Shown: positions 44,464 to 55,647 of the stretch, piece after piece | Layout: every line of letters begins with the position of its first letter | Numbering within the stretch: the stretch's first letter is position 1 | Position numbers and translations under genes: made by a program | Notes under the pieces: model-generated | What the model was told of the DNA's origin: nothing | Databases searched by the model: none | What the model saw: only the letters and a program-made list of their open reading frames with translations | Source: Paramoeba atlantica | Lineage: Eukaryota; Protista; Discosea | NCBI GenBank assembly: GCA_977017575.1 | Contig: CDRNVI010000046.1 | Span: 150,630 to 214,629, forward strand | Direction of reading: 5' to 3' | Length of the DNA: 64,000 nt

Positions 44464-47346
44464 TCAATCTTTCACCCCTTTCGCCACATTGTCGCAATCC
44501 CATCCTCCTCGGCTTATTGGATCCGCAGGGTTCAGTTTTGACGGAATGTAATGCGGCTGTACTATTATACCCTGTCTCTTTAAAAACTTAAGTAAACCTA
44601 TCAATTCGATATTTATTCCATCCGATTTGGTCGATTTTTTGCATATGGAAGCTAAGCATGATGTATTATCAATAAATAGGTCTACGCAGGTACCTCGTTG
44701 AAAATGGTGCGACAATTTCTCGAACGCGAGACGAAAGGCCCTCGTCTCCGCTCGATTGACTTCATAATCGAAATCATCTTCCCAGCGACCTCCCACACAT
44801 ATCACGGAACCGTGGTCCAAATATATTATTCCTCCCCAACCTTTTGACGAAGCGTCCGTATACAAAACGTGGCTATGTGGTACAGTGTCGGGATGAGGCG
44901 GCGGCGCCACGAATATGTTTGAAATCAACTTTTTCTTCCATCGCGTCAAGTCCATGGTTACATTGGGGGGAAGATGAACCTTCACATCCAATAATGTCGG
45001 ATCATTGTTTAACGCATTTATACGGCGCCGCACTAATTTTAAGGTGAAGTGGTAATTGGCAACGGGTTCTCCCAGTACTGCTGATGCATGGACTAATCTA
45101 CCCACAGCTGATTCTAGTTTTCCGTACGTTGCATTCCGAAAAGTATCGCCTTGCATCTTTTTCACGATCCTCGGTCCCATTCTTACCTTACCTTCGGTAT
45201 GGCTGTATTCCACGCCATTAAAAACATACTGCTTCATGGGCTCCTTTTCTTTATCCTTAAACGTGGCGTTAACTTTCTCCGCGCGAGTATCCACAAATTC
45301 CGTATACTGCTGAACTTGGTCTAGTGAACCTGCACTTCTCAATCCATCCACATATACATCGACCTTAAACTGTTCTGTATACGCCGTCTCGGCTCTGCAA
45401 TACTCCGGATCTCCTGCGATTGTGGATGTAATGGTGTGCATCAGTTCCGGGGCGCACCGGTGCCCCATTGGCATCACACTAAGTTCAAACAACTCACCGT
45501 TTACTGCGCGAAATCGAAATTTTGTTCTACTTGCTACCGGAATCGGTACTTGATAAAATCCACATGTCAGGTCACGCTTCACACCAAAAGCTTCCTGCGC
45601 TCGATGGAGATAATAAGCCGCGTGTTTTAACGGGACGTGCGGCATGTACTCGTTCTTAATTCGCTCATTATCCTCCTTCGTCCAGGCTATGAAGCGCCGC
45701 CTCTCCGTTTCCCCTTTATCGTCCGCAGGCTCAACTACTGTGAACGGTATCACCCATTGATTGGATGGTCTTTTGTTCTCCTCCTCAGGGGAAACACGCG
45801 AAACAATACGTGCGTCTAGCAAATGACTAATATCTTCCATGTTCAATCGTGGATTTACCTTTGGCTCACTATCGGGTTTCTTCCTCCGATCCAACAAAGT
45901 ATTCAACGTTTCTCTAAACCGGTTTCTTGTACTTCCATTCATCATGTTCTCAATTTCATTGACATCCATTTTGGGAATTTTCTTTACGTGCAGTGGTAGC
46001 TTTAAATCTTCCTCCGTGGCCAATCTGGTACGTACAATCGTGTATCGATGCTTTTCCTGCGGCATGTCCCGCAAATATTCTCGAAATAACTCCTTCATTG
46101 CTAAAGCGTCCTCAGTTTGGCTGTCGCCTTCCCCGTTCCTAGAGCTAGCGCGGTGGTAACTGGGTTTGAATTGTAACGCAACAGGGACTCGATCTGCTGG
46201 TGCTTCGCTAATTTTTTCACATCTTCGATTCCCACTGTCCCCTTGACAACTTCCTGGAATAATTGCGTTACCGCTCCTCTCTTGGCGGAATGTGTGCCGA
46301 AACCCTCTCCCAGAACCCTCTTTATGTTCCTGTCCATCTCTCTCACATTTGTCCGGCACATTCGATCCCATGACCTGAGCGTACGTACGTATTGAGCCAA
46401 TTCGATTGTGCCCTGGCCCTGGATGACTGTGTACATCGATTCGCGCCACGGGTTGCACCTTGTAGCCTTTGTCCCCCTTCCCCAAGCAATTACAACCTTT
46501 TGCGGTGATATTTCCACGAATTTGTCCTTGGTCAAATTGGCGGTTTCGGACCAACGGGATGCTGCCTTCCAGCACATCAGCAATGTTTGACTTTCGGATT
46601 GGGTGCACCTTCTTCGTATCTTGTTCAGTAGGAATGGTGTCAACGGCTGCATCTGATGTACTGGCTCCTCTGCTCCTTGTGCCTGAAGAGCTTTGCAAAA
46701 GAATTTTATTGGGACAGTATTTAATCCGATCAGGTTGAATAAGGTCATTAGCGCCCTTCCGTAGGACACCTTGGTTTGTATTGACACTGGCAGAAGTTGC
46801 ACGAACGTCACTGCGTGAAGGGGTGTCTGTCTTATATGATTCCCGGTGCAATATACCAGGAACCTTTCCCACAACCTTGCTCGTGTCTCCCACGTCGACG
46901 AGCTCCACATTCCGGACATCGCGTCCAATGCCACGCGTACCTCGGGAGTAATCCTGCTTACCCCCATCAACAGACTCAAAAGATTTTTCCGAGCCACACT
47001 CCTGCATTCCAGGCTCAATGTTCCCTGGTACAAATTTCCACAAGCAATTGATCTTCCATTCGAGTCTTTCACATTTTTTACACCCCCTTGTATCACTCGC
47101 GTTCTCTTCGCTACACTCTCCCTTTGATCCCCTGGATGTATCCTCTTGTATTTGACTGCTTTGCTTCTGCCGCGTTTGGCGGGTATTATATGCGAGATGT
47201 TCGTTCCTGGATCTATACGCGTGTATGTGACTCGAGGAACACTGGCGATTAATGGACGGGCGTTTCATAACGACTTTCCGCCCTGGGGGGCGTTGCCAGC
47301 CGTCCGCTGACGAAAATCCGGCGGTGATGTGCGTTTGTATGGGCAA
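44464..47346 (-). CDS. pol: Pol (RT plus RNase H), family B
   Basis: KRDLTCGFYQV, MPMGHRCAPE, VYVDG, LYTDASSKGWG, NPADPISR. Confidence 0.92.
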   Translation of the reverse strand: MPIQTHITAGFSSADGWQRPPGRKVVMKRPSINRQCSSSHIHAYRSRNEHLAYNTRQTRQKQSSQIQEDTSRGSKGECSEENASDTRGCKKCERLEWKINCLWKFVPGNIEPGMQECGSEKSFESVDGGKQDYSRGTRGIGRDVRNVELVDVGDTSKVVGKVPGILHRESYKTDTPSRSDVRATSASVNTNQGVLRKGANDLIQPDRIKYCPNKILLQSSSGTRSRGASTSDAAVDTIPTEQDTKKVHPIRKSNIADVLEGSIPLVRNRQFDQGQIRGNITAKGCNCLGKGDKGYKVQPVARIDVHSHPGPGHNRIGSIRTYAQVMGSNVPDKCERDGQEHKEGSGRGFRHTFRQERSGNAIIPGSCQGDSGNRRCEKISEAPADRVPVALQFKPSYHRASSRNGEGDSQTEDALAMKELFREYLRDMPQEKHRYTIVRTRLATEEDLKLPLHVKKIPKMDVNEIENMMNGSTRNRFRETLNTLLDRRKKPDSEPKVNPRLNMEDISHLLDARIVSRVSPEEENKRPSNQWVIPFTVVEPADDKGETERRRFIAWTKEDNERIKNEYMPHVPLKHAAYYLHRAQEAFGVKRDLTCGFYQVPIPVASRTKFRFRAVNGELFELSVMPMGHRCAPELMHTITSTIAGDPEYCRAETAYTEQFKVDVYVDGLRSAGSLDQVQQYTEFVDTRAEKVNATFKDKEKEPMKQYVFNGVEYSHTEGKVRMGPRIVKKMQGDTFRNATYGKLESAVGRLVHASAVLGEPVANYHFTLKLVRRRINALNNDPTLLDVKVHLPPNVTMDLTRWKKKLISNIFVAPPPHPDTVPHSHVLYTDASSKGWGGIIYLDHGSVICVGGRWEDDFDYEVNRAETRAFRLAFEKLSHHFQRGTCVDLFIDNTSCLASICKKSTKSDGINIELIGLLKFLKRQGIIVQPHYIPSKLNPADPISRGGWDCDNVAKGVKD
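46101..47096 (-). CDS. Tyrosine recombinase, family B
   Basis: KAASRW, HSAKR, KHQQ, LLRY. Confidence 0.9.
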   Translation of the reverse strand: MIQGGVKNVKDSNGRSIACGNLYQGTLSLECRSVARKNLLSLLMGVSRITPEVRVALDAMSGMWSSSTWETRARLWERFLVYCTGNHIRQTPLHAVTFVQLLPVSIQTKVSYGRALMTLFNLIGLNTVPIKFFCKALQAQGAEEPVHQMQPLTPFLLNKIRRRCTQSESQTLLMCWKAASRWSETANLTKDKFVEISPQKVVIAWGRGTKATRCNPWRESMYTVIQGQGTIELAQYVRTLRSWDRMCRTNVREMDRNIKRVLGEGFGTHSAKRGAVTQLFQEVVKGTVGIEDVKKLAKHQQIESLLRYNSNPVTTALALGTGKATAKLRTL

Positions 47347-48332
47347 TCTTTAATCAAATGGTCTGGTGATCTGCAATTGTAACATTGCGCGCGATAAGTT
47401 CCGTACGAGGGGCGAAACGATTGTGAATATTGACCTGTTGATCCTCCTCCGAAATATGTCCCTGTTCGTCGTAGCGCAGAGAAAGAAGTGTACCGACTAC
47501 GTTGCTTTTCACGCTCACTCAACTGATCTGTTACATGCTGATAGAATTTGTCGTGCGCCCGATCATCTTTGTCCATTTTTCGGTGAACCGCCTCCACGTC
47601 TACCTTGCAAGCACGCCAGTAAGCATCACGTAGACTTTGGATTATCGCTTTCCCCAACTCCAAAAACGGACCTTCATTCCAGCCCGGAGTTTGGCGTGCC
47701 AACAATATCCACTTTCCCAGCAACTGATCGAAATTCCGCTCCTGTTGCATCTGAAATGATTTGTCCTGATAATATTGATTCAATCTCAAACCATACTCGG
47801 GAGCTTCCTTTAATTCTCGAAAAAGGTCCTTAATTCGAAAGCCGTCGTCGTTGCGTTGATCTATATGCCCCGGCCAAGTCACAGGTTCATACGGATCAAT
47901 CTTGTAGGTCGCTACAGATCCAAAGGGCTGCACGTTAATAGGCAGGGGCCGTCCGCCTTCCAACGCACACTCTTGTCCTTCGCTCGAGTGTCCCAGTCCG
48001 TCTTCTAGATCAATGCGATAGTAATTTAACTCTTTGTGGGGAAATGGATACTCTCGATCTGGCTCCTCTTCCCATACCGCCCACATTTCCATCCCGACTC
48101 GACGTACTTTCCCGTGGGATATTTGTTTCGCCGAAGTCGCCGCGTTCTTCCGATTCCATGCCGCCTTAATGTGCAACGAAGGATTCTGATCGCGGGAAAG
48201 AAGCAGTTGCTCACAAACTCTCGTCTTCACCACGGCCAACTCTTCTCTACTCATGGGGTTGTCTGGTACCACTGAAGGTTCACGGGACACGCTTCTCCGT
48301 GCCTCTATGGAGCTACGCGGCGACGGAGGCAT
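47265..48332 (-). CDS. gag: Gag-like protein, family B
   Basis: CYNCRSPDHLIKDC knuckle; homologous to gag A. Confidence 0.88.
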   Translation of the reverse strand: MPPSPRSSIEARRSVSREPSVVPDNPMSREELAVVKTRVCEQLLLSRDQNPSLHIKAAWNRKNAATSAKQISHGKVRRVGMEMWAVWEEEPDREYPFPHKELNYYRIDLEDGLGHSSEGQECALEGGRPLPINVQPFGSVATYKIDPYEPVTWPGHIDQRNDDGFRIKDLFRELKEAPEYGLRLNQYYQDKSFQMQQERNFDQLLGKWILLARQTPGWNEGPFLELGKAIIQSLRDAYWRACKVDVEAVHRKMDKDDRAHDKFYQHVTDQLSEREKQRSRYTSFSALRRTGTYFGGGSTGQYSQSFRPSYGTYRAQCYNCRSPDHLIKDCPYKRTSPPDFRQRTAGNAPQGGKSL

Positions 48333-48563
48333 AAAAAAAGTTTCAAAGGATAAAAACGCGCTCTATTACCAGTTCACTGTATAATGCTTTGTGTCACTAT
48401 ATAAACTAGTTTATGAATAACAAACGTACAATGCCCGTCGGCCAACTAACGTAAATATAATTCTCAGAAATCAAAATTTCCATTGTACAATTCTTTTCGT
48501 AAACTTTTAGAACAGAATGGTTTGGAACCAGAGGCGTTCAAATGCTTAGCGGTGACTGATTGT

Positions 48564-49349
48564 TGTTGTTGTTGTTGTTGTTTAACCCGTTTGGCCATGA
48601 CTGGCTATGGGTTCAGAGTACACCCTAGTTATTTAGTGCTCGTGTGAAACGGCACCGGGTATTACCGCACTCCGTGGGTGGTACGCTGTCAGTCGCGCGC
48701 AGACTTTCCCAGTGGGATGCCGCACTCGCAGATAGACAAGCAATACCTGTCAGGTTGCATGGTCTGACTTGTCATCCGTGACTTCAATGCCCGATGGATT
48801 CGCATCCTGGGGCAAAGAAGTAGTGGAACAGTCGTTATATTCTGTTCCACCACCAGGGATGACTCACGCTAGGGTGTGTGGAGCTTGCGAGGCTCTCTCA
48901 CCAGCGGGGCTCAAAGTGGAGCTCGAACAGTGCCATTCACAATTTAAATTTTTACATATGGAGACTACCCTAGTTTCTTGGCGCCTTGTTTTGCTGACAC
49001 CGGGTAGCTCCACACAATGGGCCGGGGAGGGGAATGGCGACTGGGGGGACGGAGAAAGGGCCGGCGAAGCGGTGACGAAAGAAGGCGGCGAAAACGGGGC
49101 GGAAATGGTGGCGCGGCGGGAGCGCGGCGGGGAGCGCGGCGGCGGCGGCGCATGGGGTAGCTCAAGCTCCCTCCCCAAGAGGGGGGGCGAAACAGGTCGC
49201 GGGGGGGCGACGGAGCAGGGTGGAGGGGACGGCGAAGGGGGGCGGCGCTAGGGGTGAAGTGGGAGGCGGAAGGGGGACTTAATTTCCCCAGGGGTGAAGG
49301 GGTGCATGGGGGAAATTGACTGAAAAGATCAACAAGCAACAAGGTACAG
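48564..49349 (-). mobile_element. 786-bp SL-headed retroposed sequence with (CAA)n tail and 13-bp TSD
   Basis: CTGTACCTTGTTG at 49337-49349 abuts the TSD GGTGACTGATTGT (48551-48563, 49350-49362); (TTG)n on + from 48564. Confidence 0.82.
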
Positions 49350-50141
49350 GGTGACTGATTGTGGGCTTCTCCATGAAGACACTAAAAGACTCATCTCTGT
49401 TTTAGCAGCACGGGCACACCTCAATCCTAAAGACACACGCGATGCCTTCCGACTAGCAGTTGAAAAATTCAATGCATACACAGTTGTATGCCAACTAAGA
49501 GACGTGATCCCACACTGCAACTGGATAGGCGGACTAAGTAACTAATCTTTCCTTAAACGGTTTTATTAACACAACTAATCTTTCCCAGTAAACGCAAACT
49601 GAGCACTTTACTTTACTTTATGGTTATTTTCCTGAAGGACAAATATCACAATGACAAAAATGTAAACTTGTGTTAGTAATTATACTCGGAAAGTCAGGTA
49701 ATCGTTCAGACGAAATATATGATTTTATTTTATTGAACATTAGAAACAATTTCCATAAGTTAAAACTTTTTGCAAAAGTTAATAAAGCTTTTGCTTTACT
49801 TTGCAACTCGAAAGTTTTGGATCACCACCCTTCCCTTTACATAATTAGAAAAAAAAATTAGCAAAATCAAAATTTTCGAATAATCGCCCCTTTGCACAAA
49901 TGATGGCGAATATATCTAAATATAGTTACCTTCGTCAAAAAAAAAAAAAAGATATTTTATTTATAAAAGGATTTTCTGCACAGAAGGATTGTTATTCCAG
50001 GTTGAAAAGTGATATTCAAAAAGTGTATCTTACAAAAAACGATGGTGAGAGAAAATCATATTATTCATTATCTGAAAAGACCGGTCATATTATGTAACTT
50101 TATGGTAATTGATAAGAAAATGCGATTTTTTTTTTAAGTCA

Positions 50142-50181
50142 TTCCTTATTGTAAGACCTTTCCTTATTGTAAGACCTTTCC
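50142..50181 (-). repeat. 2.2 units of the 18-bp repeat joined to a truncated pol
   Basis: TTCCTTATTGTAAGACCT x2 plus TTCC, the reverse complement of the main array unit. Confidence 0.92.
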
Positions 50182-52815
50182 CCTTTTGTTGAAGACTCTG
50201 GTTGGGCTCCTAGTCGTGTATTAAATAATTCACCTATTACCGTTTCAAGCCGGCGGCGCGCTTCAGGGGTCATCCAATTCTTTACTTTTTGTACATCCAT
50301 AACGGGTATTCCAACTTTAACGTGTAGGGGAAGGTCCATATCTTCGGTACGTGCAAGACGGGATGTACGGCGCGCGCAAATAATGCTGTATCGTCGAACG
50401 TGCGGTATTTGATCAAAACAAAGATTTACATCCTCTTGAGTCATTGTATTGGGAGGAGAACCGAGGCTCGCTGAGTACCGAGGGCTTTCGCCGTCGTAAT
50501 AAGGTTGCCGTTGTATCGCAAGAGGGAGTTTATGCATTGATGCTTTGCTATGTTTTGAACGTCGGAGAGAGCGACGTGTCCGAGCGCCACCTCGCTGAAA
50601 AGGTGAGTTATCGCGCCGCGCTTCAGGGAATGTGTTCCAAATCCCGGACCTAGAATCCTCTGCATCTTTCGGTCCATCTCCCGAACCGTTGTACTCGCTA
50701 TGTGTTGGCCTTCCCTCATGAATTGGACGTAATTTGCAATCTCCTGAGTTCCTTCCCCTTGGATCGCTGTGCAAATCGATAGCCGGTACGGGCTGAGACG
50801 CGTCGATTTTGTATTCCTCCCCCAATAAATTATTACTTCGTTTGGTTGATGTCGCACAAATCGTTCCAGAGTCAGTTCGGCCACCTCTGTCCATCTGGCC
50901 GCAGCCTTCCAACAAATCAAGGCGGCTATCCCTTCTCTTAACGACAATTTTTCCCTGAGCCGGCGCAGCTGCCATGGAGTAATCGGTTCCATCTGACGAG
51001 TAGGCTCGAGAGCCCCCCTTGCTTGTAGGGCTTTCGCGAACATTTTGAGTGGAATTGGATCCTTTTGGCTTAGTTGAAACACCGTCTGGAGATTTCGGGT
51101 GTAGCTTAACAGTGTTGCTGGTGCGAGATGGAGTTGATTTAAGAAAAGGACGGCGTGTACTGGATCTCGCGGAAAACCGCTTTGTAGACAAAACTTTTCC
51201 AGTCTTTCCCAAAGTCGCGCCCTCGTTAGCCATGTAGCATTTGTCCACATTGGATTGATTGCGCTTTGAATCTGACGTGCGATAGGACTCAGAGGCGGTA
51301 GATTTAGAATTGTATATGTTAGTTTTTGCTGGACTGAGCGCAATTTTGTTTCCCTGGTGTTGTCTCCCGCGGGTCGTATTTCTTGAGGTTTTTTGGCTTG
51401 CGGTTGTAGGCGTTGGCGCTTGGCTTGAGGGATATTTGACTTTGTCATTAATTCCGCCACCGGATTCCGTGGCGAATGCAGCACCGTTCCGTGACATGCC
51501 GTGAAGGCACGCACCTTCCCTGCAGAGTGCAGTGATGAATTGCAGAATATACCTGGATAAATCACCCGCCGCTTCTTCAGCGGACAGGAACGAGCGATAT
51601 AAGGGGTGGGGAACCTGGCCTATTGGCTCCTCTTTGCACCTGTTGTGCCGCTCGTCACCCCGCCCCGAAAACCCGGGGTCGAACGAGTAGAAGATTGATT
51701 TAATGGGCAGTTGGCGCGAAAGTGACCTGGCTTGTGGCATCGATAGCAAAGAAAGGCCGGGCGATTAGTGGCGATTTTTGAAACACTCATGTGGCGCAGC
51801 TTTTCCTCCGCAACTGCCTTCGAGTACGCATCCTTAGTGTCATCATCCTTGTGGAGTTTTAATTGTACCCGCCCAAAAAAATATATTGTACACGTTCGAC
51901 TTGAATTCCGGATGAGGCCCAATAGTGGTTTCGCAGTTCTTCGATGGCTGTGCGTACGATTTCGAGAAAATGTTCCTCTCGCCATAGGGGAAAAACTCGT
52001 GCCGCTTGGATCCACTCTTGGACTATTTTAAATAGACGTTCACGGATAGGAGGAGCGTTCAGTAACAAACCAAATTCAGGATGGACGCGTAAATCACGGA
52101 TAAGGTCTCGTACGCGTAACTCATCCTCGGATTCTAGCCACGGGCCCCATGTTAGAGGATCGTTTGCGGTGAAACGAGCCGGATCGGTGATAGGCGCATT
52201 AGGAGTCTTAGGTTCTTCGTCCGCTTTGCGCCCTCCAGGCATTTTTGCTCGCACCCGGGTAATTTCCAACGAATAATATTCGATGTCTGGAAAAGGAAAG
52301 TCGTATGCCATGCCGGGATCATCGTTCCAAACGGCTTCCATGCCTCCTGAATCGTCGGATTTCAGACGAACGTTGCCAATCACAGTTTCACGCACTGCAT
52401 CCCCATGGTGACCCCACACGGCTTCTACAGACACATCGTAACCCTTAAGGATCAAAGTCCGGACTTTTTGCGCGAATTCCGCCTTATCCTCGTCAGACAT
52501 CGCTGCAGAGCCTGTTCCCCCCCGAAGCAAAGCCGCCACTTGCTCCGGGTTCAGCGTCGTACGTTGTCCCCCGTATTGCAGACTCGGATCGACAGGGTTG
52601 GGAGATGCCGGATCTTCTCGTATAGGACTCTGTGGCCTCCCCATCGACAGCGTGCGACGAACAGTATTAAGAATGCTGGTCATAACGCAATTTGAAAAGG
52701 GTAAAAGAAGGAGTGTCGCTATACACAAAAACAATATATATTACTTCACCCCGAGTACTACTAAATTATAAATCTCATTACATCTAACAACGGGTGCCCC
52801 TTTCGGGGCCACAAT
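50182..52815 (-). mobile_element. Truncated YR retroelement (family C): frameshifted gag, intact YR, pol broken early in RT
   Basis: gag pieces 51859-52734 and 51620-52015 (CYRCHKPGHFRANC); pol frame 50139-51749 with LPLHVK. Confidence 0.87.
50441..51565 (-). CDS. Tyrosine recombinase, family C
   Basis: KAAARW, HSLKR, KHQC, LLRY. Confidence 0.88.
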   Translation of the reverse strand: MIYPGIFCNSSLHSAGKVRAFTACHGTVLHSPRNPVAELMTKSNIPQAKRQRLQPQAKKPQEIRPAGDNTRETKLRSVQQKLTYTILNLPPLSPIARQIQSAINPMWTNATWLTRARLWERLEKFCLQSGFPRDPVHAVLFLNQLHLAPATLLSYTRNLQTVFQLSQKDPIPLKMFAKALQARGALEPTRQMEPITPWQLRRLREKLSLREGIAALICWKAAARWTEVAELTLERFVRHQPNEVIIYWGRNTKSTRLSPYRLSICTAIQGEGTQEIANYVQFMREGQHIASTTVREMDRKMQRILGPGFGTHSLKRGAITHLFSEVALGHVALSDVQNIAKHQCINSLLRYNGNLITTAKALGTQRASVLLPIQ

Positions 52816-52849
52816 CTGTAAAAACAAATCATAATATAAATATGGGGAG

Positions 52850-52991
52850 GGGGGGCACTCGATGAATATTCATCGAACGCACTGTCCGTTCGATGAATAT
52901 TCATCGAACAGGACATCCTGTTCGATGAATGGATTGCAGTACGACCCGTTCGATGAATCATTCATCGAACAGGATGTCCCGTTCGATGAAT
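52850..52991 (+). repeat. Palindrome-array element, diverged partial copy
   Basis: G run, then GTTCGATGAATATTCATCGAAC (52888-52909) and related units. Confidence 0.8.
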
Positions 52992-53364
52992 GAAAACACA
53001 TTTTTTTTTTGTAAAAAAAAGCTCGTTTCGGTCTGCATCATGCTCCTGGCTGCTACCTTGATCCATAAGACAAAAAGAAATCCGAAAAGTTATCAAAAAG
53101 CGGAAGGATTCTTAAAACTATTGCCTCATAAGTTTACAAAGATAAAATCATAACTTACAAATACACAAACCTGCGGAAGTGGCAGACACAAGTCCTCAGT
53201 GCGCGATCTCAGTGCGGAGTTAATATCCTCCATCTCTCGTGTTCTAATCTTGAGCGCCAAAAATCCCATTCTGCTCGGTTGGACCTCGAGGCACTGGTTG
53301 GCGTTAACCTCGAGATGAATATGAAGGGTGTAGCTGTGGGGCGTGTCTTTTGGAAGTCTGTTTG

Positions 53365-53777
53365 TAAGAGAATTGCTCATCATAAAATCTTTGTACAAAA
53401 TATATAAAGAATTGTCCTAAGTAAATAATATTCATCAAGTAAATAAAACTAAATAACTACATGTCTTTCAACTTTTCTATCCTGACTATAATGATAACAA
53501 AAAATATATGGACGTCCACAAAACAATATTCAAACTTTCTCTCTCTTGCGAATGGGTAGTTCCCCGGCGGGGACCACCCGCAATTTTCCTTTTGCGAGTG
53601 AAAAAGATTATAAGTCACTAGAGTAAAATAATGTATAGTATAGTATGCTAAAATTATAATTACATGGTTACCCCCGGAGGGGGCAAAATCAGGTACATAT
53701 ATGTATATGTGCCCCGTAGGGCCACGGTCAAAGAATAAATATTTTATTCAAGCAATTCTTTCCGTAAACTCTAAGAG
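53365..53777 (-). mobile_element. Non-autonomous mini-YR element (A repeat fused to B repeat, no ORFs)
   Basis: Termini match the family A repeats; TAAGAG at 53365-53370 and 53772-53777. Confidence 0.82.
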
Positions 53778-53825
53778 ATTAGTATGAAGTAAAGCCCTTG
53801 AAGGGGCAAAGATATCGGATCGCCA

Positions 53826-54178
53826 ATTTGGGCCTTGCTCGCAAAGGGGGGCTTTTGCCTCCAGAAGCGGGCTACGCTCACAGTTGGGCCTTGCTCGCAG
53901 ACGGGGGCCTTGCTTGCACACTTGGGCTTCGCTGACAGTTGGGCCTTGCCTCCAGACATGTAAACGAGATGGTAATGTTCAAATCCCCCCCAAAAAAAAT
54001 CGAGACGAAAAATTCGTGCAGCAGTGCCCGTTGGATGAATGATTCATCGAACGCACTTCCCGTTCGATGAATATTCATCGAACGGGGCGCCTGGTCATCG
54101 AACGGGACGCCGTTCAATGAATATTCATCGAACGCACGGTGCGTTCGATGAATTTTCATCGAATGCCCCCCCTGGCCA
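53826..54178 (-). repeat. Palindrome-array element, copy 2 (RC of 37327-37680)
   Basis: Includes a 28-bp perfect palindrome at 54059-54086. Confidence 0.85.
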
Positions 54179-54249
54179 TAAATATTATGTGCCCCGAAGG
54201 GCCATTATGTCAATCATCCTAAATTTCTAAACGTATACTTCTAGAAAAT

Positions 54250-54909
54250 ATGCCTAAGAGTGTGGTATGCCCGGGATGCCTGACAGAATATTCTTCTGAT
54301 ACCATCTTCCAGCACATTCCTGGATGTACACAATGCTGTGGGATAAATGCAACGAAGAAGCACACACGATTAGTCCGTTTCCTAGGTGAATTGTGTGCCA
54401 AAGCAGGGGTGCCCCATGTTATAGAACCTCGAGTACATTCATCATTCTTCTGCACCAAATGTAAGGCCACCATATCCGAAGAGCTCTCTGAACATCACCC
54501 ATGCAGAGCAAGACGTATGCGATCAGGCCCTGATCTCGGTATCATGTGGTCCCATCTCGGAGAAATTCTCTACGATGTCACCGTAGTTCACAGTTGTGCC
54601 CCGAGCTATGCCAAAACCTCCGTCGAGCAGTTAATCCAAAATGCCCTTGAGCGCAAGCACAAAAAATACATTGTACAAGGGGGCATACCGAAAGAAAGTT
54701 TCAGCTGCTTGGCAATGACCGAATTAGGACAGTTGCACAACAACACGAAAACTCTCATTGTCTCGCTCGCACAACGGTCACAAAAAAACGTGAAGGATGT
54801 CAAAGAAGCGTTCCAACTTGAAATAGAGAAGATGAACGCGTACACAATTGCCACGCAACTCCGACAATACTTTCCACCAATTCAGTGGCTCGGAGGACTT
54901 GAACACTAA
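54250..54909 (+). pseudogene. CRE-like endonuclease fragment
   Basis: CPGC..HIPGC, CTKC, PDL, YDVTVVH, KHKKY. Confidence 0.86.
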
Positions 54910-55647
54910 TCAAATTTCCTTTCACTTACAACCTCTATTTGATTTGATAAAATTCCCCGTCATCTACGTTGATATCATCTCATGATCTAAGTTGATATTA
55001 ACTTATTTCAGATAAAGAGCTCACGGAGAGTATTGCTGCTGTTAATGTCTGTACTTTTCTCAATATGCTTTACAATATGAGGAACCAAGGAGTGAATTTT
55101 GTTTGTTTGGAGTGAATTTTGCTTGTTTTAATAGTTTACTCATTATTCATTCTTTATATTCTTGGTAGGTGTTCATTATAAAAAGTGTGTTCTTAAGCTT
55201 GTGAATTTTATTAAGCTTGTGAATTTTATTAAGCTTGTGAATTTTATTAAGAAATCCACGCCGAGGGGCTCCATGAAAACATATACGTAAACAAACAAAT
55301 ATAAGCTTACGAACGGGCATCCAAAATCAAAGTTATAAATGAACAAAAACAGAAACGTTCTCACGATTCTGCATAGGCGGAAGAGGGGGAAGAGTAGTAG
55401 TATGAATGAGAAACCTAAACAACGGTACGATCATCAAGGAAACTAGCAACATTCGTAACAAAATTAGATTTCATTGAAAATCTAATATTAGGATTATGAA
55501 TAAAATAGGATTAGGATTCGTGGGAGGAGGAAAGGGGGGAGAGCTCGCTGAGGTCTTTCTCTAGGCAAGAGAAAGAGTAAAGAAAAGAGAGAGAAGGGAA
55601 GGGAGAAAGACAGAAAGCTCTGTTCGCATTTGAGGAACATTTTTGAC

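Larger units (their letters stand above)
43726..48512 (-). mobile_element. VIPER/TATE-like YR retroelement (family B), complete with split direct repeats
   Basis: A 178 bp at 48335-48512 and 44014-44191; B 262 bp at 44187-44448 and 43726-43987; TAGAA core at both ends and at the A/B junction. Confidence 0.93.
42700..49545 (+). pseudogene. CRE-like copy interrupted by YR element B and by an SL-headed retrocopy
   Basis: Reading KKYVE|QNGLEPEAFKCLAVTD|CGLLHEDTKRL is restored when 43731-48512 and 48564-49362 are removed. Confidence 0.87.

Noticed and set aside
48769-49342. Gly/Arg- and Pro-rich ORFs in the retrocopy
   Set aside because: Low-complexity GC-rich sequence with no motif or homologue in the window
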